A stretch of 64,000 nucleotides of DNA from Gammaproteobacteria bacterium (GTDB lineage: Bacteria; Pseudomonadota; Gammaproteobacteria; Eutrophobiales; Eutrophobiaceae). Below are positions 9,407 to 20,894 of this stretch, one piece after another. Where the stretch lies: positions 4,422 to 68,421 of the forward strand of contig JAURPG010000021.1 in assembly GCA_030835405.1 (NCBI GenBank), given 5' to 3'. The notes under the pieces are model-generated. The model ran no database searches. It had not been told where the DNA came from and worked only from the letters and a program-made list of their open reading frames with translations. The first letter of the stretch is position 1; every line of letters starts with the position of its first letter. The position numbers and the translations under genes are program-made.

Positions 9407-12373
9407 TTAATTTTGATCCAGTTTGGATTCTACCATTCCCAGCAACAATTTGATTTCCAATGGCAATTCATTGTTTTCTGCGAATATCATCATGACTTCG
9501 TAATTCCACATATCTTTCGCATTCTGATAATCACCAAGTTTGATAAGGCTCACCAGTTTTGCTGTGTGAAGAAACCGTTTGTGAAATAAATCGAGGTTTG
9601 TATCTGTTGTTAGTAGCCGGGAGGCTATTTCAATCGTGGTATCCGGGTTGCGTGATCCAAGTGAATGATATAATCCCAGCCAGTCATTTTCGTATTCTGC
9701 CAGTACAGGGAATGCACAGTCTGGTGTGATACGGTCTTTAGTCTCATTTATTTCAGCTAAACTTAAATACGCTATTGTGGTAGTTAATACTGAGAAAAAA
9801 GAGTCAAGCCAGAGCGATTTGTCGTGTTCAACATCGCAACTGTCTGCAATGTTCAGGAGGTGTTTGATCGCAGAGTAATAGCTGGAGTCATCAATATTTT
9901 GGCCAGTCATGACCATTGAATACACATGGTTGGCCCTGTTACCAAAACTCATACTATTGATTGTGTTATCCGTATAAGACAGGTTTTTAAATGCCTGGTT
10001 TTCTTTATCGTAGATGAAATCCAGAATCGGAACTGCATTCAGGCGTATGTTTAGCAAATCATCTATGTTGGTTTTAAGAAACCGGTACTTTGGAGCATGT
10101 AAATCCAGTATTGGATAAAAATCTGAATTTGCAGGGACCTGATAACTCGATATATAAGGGTTATATAACGTCTGATCACCTAAAAACCTGAAAAGGATGT
10201 CCTCAATATTTAAGATGTCAATTTCAGATAGTGATGAGGCAAGTTCCTCATTTTCGAATATTGCGGGGGAGGGAAGTTGAACGGGCTTGTCCAGACTTGC
10301 AATCAAAATAATATTATCTTTATCAGTGAAGTAGATAGAATAATACTGATAGACTGAAGATAGTGACTTTAGTATTGATATTAGTAGACTGATATCAAAT
10401 TCATACGTGTGTATCCATTGTACAAACATTCCCCCATCGGCAAGGTTATCTTTAGTGACCTGGTAAAATTCCTGTGTAAATAAACTGGAGACACCGCTTA
10501 CCCAGGGGTTGGACGGTTCAGAAAATATTAAATCGTATTTTTCCTTTGATAAGGATAAAAAAGTCCGAGCATCTTCAATATGTATCTTACTTCTGGGGTC
10601 GTCAAAGGTATTGATGGTCTCTGGAATGAAATGTCTGGCGCCTTCCACCATGGCAGATTCAATTTCAATAGAATCAATTCTTTTTATCTTCTGAGAATAA
10701 AGGGCCGTATGTACGGTTAAGCCGGAACCCATGCCAATATTGGCTGCATATTGAGGATTGTTATGAATTGACATTGGAATCGCCGATATCAATTTCATTG
10801 TTATTTCATCAAGCGTCGGAGGTAAATCCGGATTCATGGTAATGGATGCATCGGGTTTGCCGTTGGTTGATATGAGTTTCGTGTCTTCATTATGTGCAAC
10901 GACTGAGATTGAAGCAGTCTTGCCGTCCTTGTGATAAATAACATCTGTCCCGGACTCCCATCTATAATGCCCATGACGAAAAACACCCGATGCCATTTTG
11001 CTTAAATCAAATTGAAAGAAGATATTGGCGCAAAGAATTGTAAATATAATGGTGGCAAAAACCGGTTTTGCAATTTTGAATGACTGTTTGCTTAGTGATT
11101 TACTTACCAGCAGAAACCCGATAAGAATATCTATCATTGCCCCGAGTAAAACGGTGTTTTTAAGCCCCAATAGCGGCATGCCAATAAATATTGTGAATAA
11201 AATGCCTGTGATTGCCCCAAAGGTATTGCTCGAATATACAAGTCCGATATTTTTTTCCTGATGATTTTCTCTCAGTAAAATGTATGTAAATAATGGCAGG
11301 GTCATGCCCGCACAAATGGTGGCCGGGAGCATGATGAAAAGTGCAATACCATGATTCGTGATATTAAATAATGTATACCCCTGTTCGTTTATATCCAGGG
11401 CCTGGTATACAAAGCTCATAATTTCAAAACTGTATCCGTATAGGAAAACTGTTGCGAATGCGAATAACCCCATGACAACCTGAACAACGCCGACATAGGT
11501 AACTGGTGATTTTATATTGTCGATTCGTGTCCTGATCCAATACCCGCCAAGAGCTAGTCCGGTGATGAAAGCACTCAGCATGATTTCAAAAGAATGGGTG
11601 CTGGAACCCATAACCATAGATAGCATTCGTATCCATGCAATTTCGTATATGAAAGATGCAAGTCCTGTGCAGAAAGAGGCAACCAGAAAAATGTATGGCC
11701 AACCAAGGCCTATAGGTTTCTTGTCAGTATCAAATGGTTTCTGGGGTTTTTTCCTCGCCAGGAAATACGTCGTGATCGCAATGGCTATATTCAGTAACCC
11801 TGCAGAAAATATAGAACCGGGCAAGCCAACAGAGCTGATTAAAAAGAATGTGATAACAAGCAGTGCAATGGCAGCGCCTATACTGTTTGCAAAATATAAT
11901 ATAGAAATAGATTTGCCGGGGCTCTCGGTTTTTAAGCGTACAAATCCACTGCACATTAAAGGGAAAGTCGTGCCCAATAAAATCGACTGCGGCAGAATCA
12001 GTACCGCCGCAACCAGTATTTTATAGCTATTGGCGAGGAGGCCGGAGTCTAGGCCTGGAATAATAACCTCATATGAGATGGTATTGACGAATACGAATAC
12101 CTCATGGAATATCAGGCCAAACAGGCCGATTCCTCCCTCTATGATGGCATACGCGAGTAAAGGGTATTGTATTCTGTGGCTTAACCTGGACACAAACCAT
12201 GCACCCAGTGCCATGCCACCCATAAATATGATTAACACAAGGGCCTGGGCATAGGCGGCATGCCCAAGAAAGATCTTCAGATAGTGAGACCAGATGGACT
12301 CATATATTAAGCCTGAAAACCCGGACAGAAAAAAAATCAGTAATAAGATTCGTCCAACCAGGCCTGTCTTCAT
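9407..12373 (-). CDS. Fused MFS-like membrane domain / spermidine-synthase-like SAM-dependent transferase, paralog 1
   Basis: Same architecture: GLIYESIWSHYLK, NGKPDA, IGMGSG, IEIESAMVEGA, DLIFSEPSNPWVSGVSSLFTQEFY. Confidence 0.85.
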   Translation of the reverse strand: MKTGLVGRILLLIFFLSGFSGLIYESIWSHYLKIFLGHAAYAQALVLIIFMGGMALGAWFVSRLSHRIQYPLLAYAIIEGGIGLFGLIFHEVFVFVNTISYEVIIPGLDSGLLANSYKILVAAVLILPQSILLGTTFPLMCSGFVRLKTESPGKSISILYFANSIGAAIALLVITFFLISSVGLPGSIFSAGLLNIAIAITTYFLARKKPQKPFDTDKKPIGLGWPYIFLVASFCTGLASFIYEIAWIRMLSMVMGSSTHSFEIMLSAFITGLALGGYWIRTRIDNIKSPVTYVGVVQVVMGLFAFATVFLYGYSFEIMSFVYQALDINEQGYTLFNITNHGIALFIMLPATICAGMTLPLFTYILLRENHQEKNIGLVYSSNTFGAITGILFTIFIGMPLLGLKNTVLLGAMIDILIGFLLVSKSLSKQSFKIAKPVFATIIFTILCANIFFQFDLSKMASGVFRHGHYRWESGTDVIYHKDGKTASISVVAHNEDTKLISTNGKPDASITMNPDLPPTLDEITMKLISAIPMSIHNNPQYAANIGMGSGLTVHTALYSQKIKRIDSIEIESAMVEGARHFIPETINTFDDPRSKIHIEDARTFLSLSKEKYDLIFSEPSNPWVSGVSSLFTQEFYQVTKDNLADGGMFVQWIHTYEFDISLLISILKSLSSVYQYYSIYFTDKDNIILIASLDKPVQLPSPAIFENEELASSLSEIDILNIEDILFRFLGDQTLYNPYISSYQVPANSDFYPILDLHAPKYRFLKTNIDDLLNIRLNAVPILDFIYDKENQAFKNLSYTDNTINSMSFGNRANHVYSMVMTGQNIDDSSYYSAIKHLLNIADSCDVEHDKSLWLDSFFSVLTTTIAYLSLAEINETKDRITPDCAFPVLAEYENDWLGLYHSLGSRNPDTTIEIASRLLTTDTNLDLFHKRFLHTAKLVSLIKLGDYQNAKDMWNYEVMMIFAENNELPLEIKLLLGMVESKLDQN

Positions 12374-12437
12374 AGTTAAATGAAATGCTTACATGTAAAA
12401 CACATGTTTACCAAGCCTGGTGGAAATTTAATATTGA

Positions 12438-13307
12438 TTAGAGATTTTCCGAAATCGTTTTACCCAATACCGCAGGTGAACGGACAGTGTGAACGCCTGC
12501 AGCTTCCAGGGCTGAGTATTTATCATCTGCAGTCCCTTTGCCGCCAGAGATAATAGCACCAGCATGGCCCATTCTTTTGCCAGGTGGGGCAGTTACACCA
12601 GCAATATATCCGACCACAGGCTTGGTTACATTGGATTTTATATAGTCAGCGGCTTCTTCTTCAGCAGTGCCACCGATTTCTCCAACCATAATGATACCTT
12701 TTGTGTCTTCATCTTCCTGAAACAGGTTTAAACAATCAATAAAATTCATGCCGTGTATGGGATCACCGCCTATCCCGATGCATGTACTTTGGCCCAGTTT
12801 CGCGAGTGTGGTTTGATGAACTGCTTCATATGTTAATGTCCCAGAACGCGAAACAATTCCAATTTTGCCTGGTGTATGAATATTACCCGGCATAATCCCT
12901 ATTTTGCATTGTCCGGGGGTAATAATTCCTGGACAGTTTGGTCCAATCAGCCTGGTGTCCGGAAACATTTCCAGGCTGGCCCTTACCTTGAGCATATCCA
13001 AAACCGGAATGCCCTCGGTAATACATATAATCAGTTGAATGCCGGCATCGGCTGCTTCCATTATGGCTTCAGCAGCAAAGGCGGCCGGGACCATAATCAT
13101 GGTGGCATTTGCACTTGTTTCGCTTACAGCTTCGGCAACAGTATTAAATACCGGCCGATCCAAATGTTTTTGTCCACCCCTACCCGGCGTTATTCCGCCT
13201 ACGACATTTGTGCCGTAATCAATGGCTTGTTCCGCATGGAATGTCCCCTGTTTGCCAGTAAAACCCTGGACTATTAGCTTTGTATTATTATCAATCAGGA
13301 CAGCCAT
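12438..13307 (-). CDS. sucD: Succinyl-CoA synthetase alpha subunit
   Basis: [33 protein letters not shown]. Confidence 0.97.
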   Translation of the reverse strand: MAVLIDNNTKLIVQGFTGKQGTFHAEQAIDYGTNVVGGITPGRGGQKHLDRPVFNTVAEAVSETSANATMIMVPAAFAAEAIMEAADAGIQLIICITEGIPVLDMLKVRASLEMFPDTRLIGPNCPGIITPGQCKIGIMPGNIHTPGKIGIVSRSGTLTYEAVHQTTLAKLGQSTCIGIGGDPIHGMNFIDCLNLFQEDEDTKGIIMVGEIGGTAEEEAADYIKSNVTKPVVGYIAGVTAPPGKRMGHAGAIISGGKGTADDKYSALEAAGVHTVRSPAVLGKTISENL

Positions 13308-13309
13308 GA

Positions 13310-14479
13310 TTAGTTTCCTCCTTTAGATGCTTCGACGACCTTGTTTGCTGCATCTGTAAGATCATCTGCAGATATGATTTTCAAATCGCTTTCGTTAAGT
13401 AGTTGCTTGCCTTCATTAACGTTAGTGCCTTGTAATCGCACTACTACCGGGACATTGACACCGACCTCTTTAACAGCATGAATGATGCCCTCTGCTATAA
13501 GATCACATCGAACAATTCCGCCAAAAATATTAACCAGGATTGCTTTAACCTTAGGATCAGACACTATTAGTTTAAATGCTTCAGAAACCCGTTCTTTGGT
13601 TGCGCCGCCACCGACATCAAGGAAGTTTGCAGGTTCACCGCCATGCAGCTTAATAATATCCATGGTAGCCATTGCGAGTCCCGCTCCGTTCACCATACAT
13701 GCGATATTGCCATCTAGAGCAACGAAATTCAGATCAAAACGTTTTGCCGCATTTTCTTTTTCGTTCTCCTGGCTTTCATCCCGCAAGGATTCCATTTCCT
13801 TTTGCCTGAATATTGCGTTGTCCTCTACTGATACCTTGGCGTCAAGCGCTTCTATATCACCATTTTTGGTAATGATTAACGGGTTGATTTCAACAAGACT
13901 GAGGTCTTTTTCAGTAAATAATTTATACAGGCCATGTATGGATACGGATAATTGTTTGCGTTGGAGGTCATTTAGTTCCAGTTCAAATCCCATCTTTCTA
14001 CATTGATATTCCTGCACTCCCAGAATAGGGTTGATGAAAAAGGTAAATATCTTTTCGGGTTCAGTGGATGCGACCTCCTCAATATCCATACCTCCGGCCC
14101 TGGAACCCATTACAACGATTCGTCGTTTACTCCTGTCCACCAGCATACCCAGGTATAGCTCTGACTCAATATCAGACATTGTCTGGATTAATACGCAATT
14201 AATCGGGTTGCCTTCTGGCCCAGATTGTTTGGTAATCAACTGAGTACCCAGCATAGCGTCAGCATATTCTTTTACTTCATCAATACTCTTGGCCAGTTTT
14301 ACACCACCAGCTTTACCTCTTCCTCCGGCATGGACCTGCGCTTTTACAACCCAGCCTGTTCCGCCCAGAGTCTTAGCATTTTGTTCTGCTTCCTCTACGG
14401 TATATGCTGGGAGACCATGAGAGACAGGAATTCCATAATTGCTGAATAGTTGTTTCGCTTGATATTCGTGAAGGTTCAT
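13310..14479 (-). CDS. sucC: Succinyl-CoA synthetase beta subunit
   Basis: [44 protein letters not shown]. Confidence 0.97.
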   Translation of the reverse strand: MNLHEYQAKQLFSNYGIPVSHGLPAYTVEEAEQNAKTLGGTGWVVKAQVHAGGRGKAGGVKLAKSIDEVKEYADAMLGTQLITKQSGPEGNPINCVLIQTMSDIESELYLGMLVDRSKRRIVVMGSRAGGMDIEEVASTEPEKIFTFFINPILGVQEYQCRKMGFELELNDLQRKQLSVSIHGLYKLFTEKDLSLVEINPLIITKNGDIEALDAKVSVEDNAIFRQKEMESLRDESQENEKENAAKRFDLNFVALDGNIACMVNGAGLAMATMDIIKLHGGEPANFLDVGGGATKERVSEAFKLIVSDPKVKAILVNIFGGIVRCDLIAEGIIHAVKEVGVNVPVVVRLQGTNVNEGKQLLNESDLKIISADDLTDAANKVVEASKGGN

Positions 14480-14737
14480 CTTTATCCCTTTTATTTGTTG
14501 ATGATTTAACTACCCGGATATAATTAATGTCAGTAAAATCCTGAGTGCAAGGATCGGATTTTAAACAATTAACTCAAATATTCCTAGAAATATGGCCGAT
14601 ATTGCAAAAATTTGTTATCTCAGTAGCTGACCAAGGCAGTAGGTGCGGTTGAATCAGATTGGCAACATACATATTTATCACAGTATTGATGTTAAATGAT
14701 TGCTTAATGGTTGGTTAATTCATCATAAAAGACATAT

Positions 14738-16345
14738 ATGAATACACAATCTAGCAAAATACACACCAACGCCAATACCTGGGATGCATTGGCTTATTAT
14801 AATCTATATCGCTTTCTCATTTCTTTTCTATTTGTTGCACTTTACTGGATTGGTCAATTACCAGAGCCACTTGGTATATATGACAGAAATATATTTGCAT
14901 TATCCGCGCATTTTTATCTTTTTATTTCTATTGTTGCTTTTATTTTTATTCAAATCAAAAAACCTCGATTTAATTATCAGGTGACCATCCAGATAATTCT
15001 GGAGATATTGATTATCAATGTATTTATTTATTCCAGCGCAGGACTGAATAGTGGTTTTGGAATGCTACACATTATTTCCATCGCAGGTGGCAGCTTACTT
15101 ATCCCTGGAAGGATAGGCTTCCTCTTTGCTGCAATCGCTGCATTATCAGTCCTCGGACATGAAGTGTATTTACAATTTTCATTATTTAGGGCATCACCCA
15201 ATTACATCCATGCCGGGTTTCTTGGGATCATATATTTTTTGACGGCTATGATCAGTCATATACTGGCTAGTAGAATTGAAAAAACAGAGGCACTTGCAGA
15301 AAAACAGGCCATCGACCTTGAAAATCTTGCCAGATTAAATGAACACATTGTGCAACGCCTGCATTCCGGAATTATCGTATTTGATGAAGAATTAAAAATC
15401 AGGCTAGCAAATGAATCCGCGAGTAATTTACTTGGTATACATGGCAGAATTGTTGACGAGGATTTGGAAAAACATTTCCCACAATTAATCCCGTCAATTA
15501 TGGATTGGATGAATAATAGTGGTCTCTCATCACTTATTCTGAAACCGGAATCCGGCCATACTGAATTACAGGTTTCTATAGTTAAAATTTTCATGGAAAA
15601 CAAATCGGAAATTCTTGTGTTTTTGGATGATGTATCAAGACTTCGACAGCATGCACAAAAATTGAAACTGGCATCTTTAGGGAGGTTGACAGCCAGTATC
15701 GCTCATGAAGTTCGTAATCCACTTGGTGCCATTAGTCATGCGGCACAATTGTTAAATGAGTCTATAGAGGTTGAAAGTGAGGAGAAGAGATTGTTATCGA
15801 TCATCACCGAGCAGTCCGTCAGGGTCAATAGTATCATTGAGAATGTACTCAAGATCAGTAGAAGAGAAAGATCTGTATCATCTCCAGTCAATTTGTTTAA
15901 CTGGTTGGATAACTTTGTCCAGGAAATGATAACCAGAAAATCTCTGAATAAAGATGATATCAGGATTGACTGCAAGGATAAGGAGTTAAAGGCTAATATT
16001 GATATTGGTCAATTATTCCAGGTAATGTGGAATGTGTGTGAAAACGGTTTGAGATACAGTAATTACTCTCCATACCTTGTATTACGTTGTGATGTTCATC
16101 ACGACACATCGAGACCTTATATTGATATCATAGATTGTGGAAATGGCATAAATAATGATCTGGCAGAAAATTTATTTGAACCATTTTTTACCACAGAAAA
16201 AACAGGCACTGGTCTTGGATTATTTATTGCCCGTGAATTATGTGAAGCAAATCAGGCATCTTTAATACTGCATAAAAATGATGAAAAAGGTTGTATTTTC
16301 AGGATCAATTTTGCATATCCGGATAAACGACAAGAGTTTTTCTGA
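14738..16345 (+). CDS. pilS: Type IV pilus sensor histidine kinase PilS
   Basis: YNLYR N-terminus, ~6 TM helices, LASLGRLTASIAHEVRNPL H-box, FEPFFTT, GTGLGL. Confidence 0.9.
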   Translation: MNTQSSKIHTNANTWDALAYYNLYRFLISFLFVALYWIGQLPEPLGIYDRNIFALSAHFYLFISIVAFIFIQIKKPRFNYQVTIQIILEILIINVFIYSSAGLNSGFGMLHIISIAGGSLLIPGRIGFLFAAIAALSVLGHEVYLQFSLFRASPNYIHAGFLGIIYFLTAMISHILASRIEKTEALAEKQAIDLENLARLNEHIVQRLHSGIIVFDEELKIRLANESASNLLGIHGRIVDEDLEKHFPQLIPSIMDWMNNSGLSSLILKPESGHTELQVSIVKIFMENKSEILVFLDDVSRLRQHAQKLKLASLGRLTASIAHEVRNPLGAISHAAQLLNESIEVESEEKRLLSIITEQSVRVNSIIENVLKISRRERSVSSPVNLFNWLDNFVQEMITRKSLNKDDIRIDCKDKELKANIDIGQLFQVMWNVCENGLRYSNYSPYLVLRCDVHHDTSRPYIDIIDCGNGINNDLAENLFEPFFTTEKTGTGLGLFIARELCEANQASLILHKNDEKGCIFRINFAYPDKRQEFF

Positions 16346-17667
16346 TGGGTAATCATATTGCGCTAATCATTGATGACGAGCCTGATATTCTTGAGCTTCT
16401 CGAGATTACCTTGTCAAGAATGGATATAGATTGTGAAACTGCTCCGGATTTGCGTACAGCAAGACAGCTGTTAGTTCAAAAAGATTTTAATATTTGCCTT
16501 ACTGATATGAAACTACCCGATGGCGATGGATTGGATTTTGTCAAATTTGCCCAGGAAAAAAAACCAGGATTACCAGTAGCTATTATTACTGCGCATGGTT
16601 CCATCGATACTGCAATTGAGGCTTTAAAAATCGGGGCTTTTGATTTCCTTACCAAGCCAGTAGATTTGCAAAAATTACGCCAATTGATTGATAACGCACT
16701 GCAAGATATACCTCATGATGGAGGGGTAGATAATTATCTAATAGGTGAGTGTGAAAGCATTTTAAATTTACGGAACATGGCAAATAAATTGGCGAGGAGT
16801 CAGGCACCGGTATATATATATGGCGAATCAGGTGTAGGAAAGGAACTCGTGGCCAGGATGATACATGAACAAGGCCCACGCTCGAGAGCTGAATTTGTGC
16901 CGGTAAATTGTGGTGCTATTCCATATGAGCTGATGGAGAGTGAATTTTTTGGACACGTAAAAGGTAGTTTTACGGGCGCTGTAACTGATAGATTGGGATT
17001 ATTTCAGGCGGCAGATGGCGGGACATTATTTTTGGATGAAATAGCAGAATTACCTCAACAAATGCAGGTAAAATTATTACGGGCTATCCAGGAAAAATCA
17101 ATTCGGCAAATTGGGTCACAGAAAGAAACCCATGTTGATGTTCGAATACTAAGTGCAACACATAAAGACCTGTCTTTACTGGTCGCGGATGGGGAATTCA
17201 GGCAGGATTTGTATTATCGAATAAATGTGATTGACTTGAAGGTTCCTCCTCTACGTGAACGTAAGTCTGATATTCCGTTACTTGTTAAACATATTTTGCA
17301 GAAGTCCGAAGCACAATTAGATGGAAATAAATCAACTTCAGTATCAGAGAGGGCTATGAATGCACTAATGGAATATACATTTCCGGGTAATATTCGCGAA
17401 CTGGAGAATATACTCCATAGGGCTGTAGCATTACACGAAGGACAAGAGATAGATATTGATGATCTACAGTTACCAGAACCTGAACAGCAAAATATATTAA
17501 AGTCTGATAATGATGAAGCATTAGATTCATATCTTGCAAACCAGGAAAAAGAAATCATTCTGGAAACGCTTGAAAAAACCAGATGGAATAAGACATCAGC
17601 AGCAAAATTGCTTGGCATCAGCTTGAGGGCACTACGCTACAGGCTTGAAAAACTTGGAATAGATTAA
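16345..17667 (+). CDS. pilR: Sigma54-dependent response regulator PilR
   Basis: Receiver domain, GESGVGKE, GSFTGA, FLDEI, Fis-type HTH LRYRLEKLG; coupled to pilS. Confidence 0.92.
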   Translation: MGNHIALIIDDEPDILELLEITLSRMDIDCETAPDLRTARQLLVQKDFNICLTDMKLPDGDGLDFVKFAQEKKPGLPVAIITAHGSIDTAIEALKIGAFDFLTKPVDLQKLRQLIDNALQDIPHDGGVDNYLIGECESILNLRNMANKLARSQAPVYIYGESGVGKELVARMIHEQGPRSRAEFVPVNCGAIPYELMESEFFGHVKGSFTGAVTDRLGLFQAADGGTLFLDEIAELPQQMQVKLLRAIQEKSIRQIGSQKETHVDVRILSATHKDLSLLVADGEFRQDLYYRINVIDLKVPPLRERKSDIPLLVKHILQKSEAQLDGNKSTSVSERAMNALMEYTFPGNIRELENILHRAVALHEGQEIDIDDLQLPEPEQQNILKSDNDEALDSYLANQEKEIILETLEKTRWNKTSAAKLLGISLRALRYRLEKLGID

Positions 17668-17704
17668 GACTGTATTGGCGCAACGTACAATTGACAGGTA
17701 AAAA

Positions 17705-18811
17705 GTGACTTCTGATTTATCAATAATAATACCAACATACAATGAAAAAAATAATATTGCACCCCTGATTCAATCTTTGAGATCTGCATTGGAAGATGTG
17801 GAATGGGAGGTTGTTTTTGTAGATGATGATTCTCCAGATGGGACAAGCAAATTATTGAGGGATTATGCGCTGAAAGATAATCGGGTCCGCGTTATTCAAA
17901 GGTTAGGTCGTAGAGGGCTTGCTTCAGCTTGCATTGAAGGCGTTCTTTCTTCCTCTTCCCCCTATATATGTATCATGGATGCAGATTTGCAGCATGATGA
18001 AGGGCTCTTGAATCAGATGCTTGATTCACTTCGTAATGAGGATCTAGACCTGGTCATAGGAAGCAGGTATACCGATCAAGGAAATGCAGATGCAATGCCA
18101 TATTATCGAAAAAGACTTAGCGAGGCGGCCAACTGGTTTAGTAACAGGATGTTTGGAGTAAATATTACTGATCCCATGAGTGGTTACTTTATGTTTACCA
18201 GGCACTACTTTGAATCAGTCCAGTACAAATTATCAGGTAGAGGTTTTAAAATTTTATTAGACATGTTGATATCATCGCATCAACCTGTTCGGTTCAAAGA
18301 ATTGCCTTATGTTATGCGGCAACGTCAACATGGAGAAAGCAAACTCAATTTTCTGGTGATTTGGGATTTTTTAATCCAGATAATTAACCGAGTACTAGGA
18401 AAATTTGTTCCTTACCGCTTTTTGTCATTTGTGACGGTAGGGTTTTCCGGACTGGTTATTCATATGTTTGTTCTCTGGCTTTTGCACGCACAATATCATG
18501 GAGATTTCACATATGCGCAATCAGTCGCAACGTTTATAGCAATGACTTCTAATTATATTCTAAATAATATATTTACTTACCATGATGCAAGAAAAAAGAA
18601 CAAGGCACTATGGTCAGGCTTGTTTAAATTTTATCTGGTTTGCTTATTAGGGGCAGTATTAAATGTTGCCCTTGCAAGTTATTTAAATGATAGAAATATA
18701 ATTTGGATCATTGCTGGAATTTCTGGAGCAATGGCGGGAGCAGTCTGGAATTTCACCATCAGCAATATATTTGTCTGGACGATTTATAAGAAGACAAATA
18801 GCCAGGAATGA
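17705..18811 (+). CDS. Polyprenyl-phosphate hexose (Dol-P-Man synthase/Ppm1-like) GT2 fused to a C-terminal GtrA flippase domain
   Basis: IIPTYNE, VDDDSPDGT, RRGLASA, MDADLQH, TDPMSG, GFKILL, GESKL; 4-TM GtrA tail (F..VG..G, SNYILN, WNF). Confidence 0.88.
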   Translation: MTSDLSIIIPTYNEKNNIAPLIQSLRSALEDVEWEVVFVDDDSPDGTSKLLRDYALKDNRVRVIQRLGRRGLASACIEGVLSSSSPYICIMDADLQHDEGLLNQMLDSLRNEDLDLVIGSRYTDQGNADAMPYYRKRLSEAANWFSNRMFGVNITDPMSGYFMFTRHYFESVQYKLSGRGFKILLDMLISSHQPVRFKELPYVMRQRQHGESKLNFLVIWDFLIQIINRVLGKFVPYRFLSFVTVGFSGLVIHMFVLWLLHAQYHGDFTYAQSVATFIAMTSNYILNNIFTYHDARKKNKALWSGLFKFYLVCLLGAVLNVALASYLNDRNIIWIIAGISGAMAGAVWNFTISNIFVWTIYKKTNSQE

Positions 18812-18842
18812 ATAGGGCTTGACACTGAATTTCCTATCCAAC

Positions 18843-20810
18843 ATGAAAAAAATATATTATCCATTACTGGTTTTTTTGGGAATCTTTGCTATTTATGTTT
18901 TTACTTTTCCCGCGACTGTTGTACTAGAAGATGATGGGCTATTTCTCCTGGCTGCCTGGAACGATGGGGTAGCACACCCTCCCGGATACCCGCTATATAC
19001 AATGTTGTCACATATGTCCACATGGTTTTTGCCTGGTAGTATTGCATCTCGCGTACATATGTTTAATTCTCTACTTGGCGCATTGACTTGTCTCATCCTC
19101 TTTCAAATTTTATATAAGTTATATTTCACCAGATTATTTTCAGCTTTAGGTGCTTTTATTTTAGGTTTTTCTAATGGCTTCTGGTCACAGTCCATCATTG
19201 CTGAAGTGTATACGCTCAATGTTTTTGTTTTTCTAATTACACTTTATTTAGCATTAATCTATGTGGGTAGCACAGATCACCAGAAACAACTTAATATTTT
19301 AAGGTTGATGGTATTTTCAATCGGTCTGGGCTTAAGTAATCATTGGCCTTTATTTATACTGTCTATGCCAATCCTGGGGTTTTTGTTTTGGCCGGTAAAA
19401 ATTCAGCTTTTTCTACAGTTAAAAAAGGCCTGGGTATATGGAATAGTTGGCTTACTTCCATACGCCTGGATGGTATTGAGATCGCAAGCTGATCCCCTGA
19501 TTAGTTTTTATGGTCCAATAAATACAATTGAAGAATTTCTATATATTCTTAGTCGGCAAGGATATGCGGAAATAGATAGTAGTATAACCGCTGGTGCCAG
19601 GGATAAGCTTTCGTTTATTGGGTTTATGATAATGGAAGTCTCACAACAATTTGGAATGGTGGGTGTACCATTTTTATTGGTGGGGGTCATCGGTCAGCGT
19701 AAGTATCTCCCGCGAAATCTTTCGCTTGGATTGAGTATTACATTTATCACAATCATCTTCTCTCTTGGGCTGTTGTTAGGTTTTGATTATGATTTTTATC
19801 ATCAGAACATTATAAAGCCTTATCCTCTGATCGCATTTTGTATTGCCTCTATCTGGACCATGATTGGCGTAAAGTGGGTGTGTGACTGGTTGTCGGCGCG
19901 GAAAAATTCAGGTATCAACAAGGAATTTTTGTCTTTGGCATTGGTATTATTTGTTATTGTTTCCATGCTGGTTGTGAATTTTTCTGAAAATTTCAGAAAA
20001 AATGATAAATGGGCCGAGGATTATGCAAAAGTCATCCTGAATAACATCGATAAGGATGCAATTTTATTTACATACGGCGATCTGGATATCTGGACCTTGG
20101 GGTATTTACATTTTGTAGAAGGGGTTAGGCCAGATATCACTTTATATAGCACCAAGGGAAATGTGTTTTCCAACAGGTTGTTCAAGCAACATCAAGTGAC
20201 AAAGGCAGAGATGGAATCCCGTATTCGGGACTTTATCAGTCGTACAAATCGTCCTGTATATTATGTAAATACATTTATTGATGGATATAGTGAAACTGAT
20301 TATGGAATTTATAGAAAGATTAATAGAGATATGAATAGCAATCTACAACAAATAGTCATGTTGCCGGAGGTTAGTCAATATCTTTCAACATTACATGCCC
20401 AAGGTGAACCATTGCATAACTGGGAAAAGATGCACTATCGGGAAATTATGGCAACGTCATGCAACTCCTTAATGAAATTTTCCATAAATTCTGAAAATAC
20501 TTTAAACCCCGAAATACATGAGCTTAAAAATAATGTGTGTGGAAATTTCCAGGGAAATCTGATCCAGGTTGAGTATATGCTTACAATGGATAGTCCCGAT
20601 TTGGCCCAAATAAATGAATTACTGACCCAGGCAGAAAGCCTTCTTGAATATCAAGTCCTTAAAAACGAAAAGTCGAAATTATATTATTTACAGGGACGAA
20701 TACTGGAATTGCAGGGTAACCTCGCAACTGCCAAACTAAAATATATTGATTCATTAAAAAATTGGCTGGCCCCGGATAACCCTGCATTACTACGTGTAAG
20801 AACAGAATAG
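18843..20810 (+). CDS. DUF2723/TMEM260-like GT-C glycosyltransferase with a C-terminal TPR-like helix (in-frame TTG at 18819 also possible)
   Basis: EDDGLF, AHPPGYPLY, FWSQSIIAEVYTLN, GLSNHWP, GVRPDI; multi-TM N-terminal half. Confidence 0.82.
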   Translation: MKKIYYPLLVFLGIFAIYVFTFPATVVLEDDGLFLLAAWNDGVAHPPGYPLYTMLSHMSTWFLPGSIASRVHMFNSLLGALTCLILFQILYKLYFTRLFSALGAFILGFSNGFWSQSIIAEVYTLNVFVFLITLYLALIYVGSTDHQKQLNILRLMVFSIGLGLSNHWPLFILSMPILGFLFWPVKIQLFLQLKKAWVYGIVGLLPYAWMVLRSQADPLISFYGPINTIEEFLYILSRQGYAEIDSSITAGARDKLSFIGFMIMEVSQQFGMVGVPFLLVGVIGQRKYLPRNLSLGLSITFITIIFSLGLLLGFDYDFYHQNIIKPYPLIAFCIASIWTMIGVKWVCDWLSARKNSGINKEFLSLALVLFVIVSMLVVNFSENFRKNDKWAEDYAKVILNNIDKDAILFTYGDLDIWTLGYLHFVEGVRPDITLYSTKGNVFSNRLFKQHQVTKAEMESRIRDFISRTNRPVYYVNTFIDGYSETDYGIYRKINRDMNSNLQQIVMLPEVSQYLSTLHAQGEPLHNWEKMHYREIMATSCNSLMKFSINSENTLNPEIHELKNNVCGNFQGNLIQVEYMLTMDSPDLAQINELLTQAESLLEYQVLKNEKSKLYYLQGRILELQGNLATAKLKYIDSLKNWLAPDNPALLRVRTE

Positions 20811-20894
20811 CCAGGCGGTAACTTTAGATATTCACAGGCACAAGACAATGATAAATCTGTTAATTCAATCGTAGCGTTAATTGATATCATTACC

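Noticed and set aside
20814-20822. GGCGGTAAC resembling an ops/JUMPStart element
   Set aside because: Mismatch to GGCGGTAG, no JUMPStart hairpin, and not at the head of the polysaccharide operon
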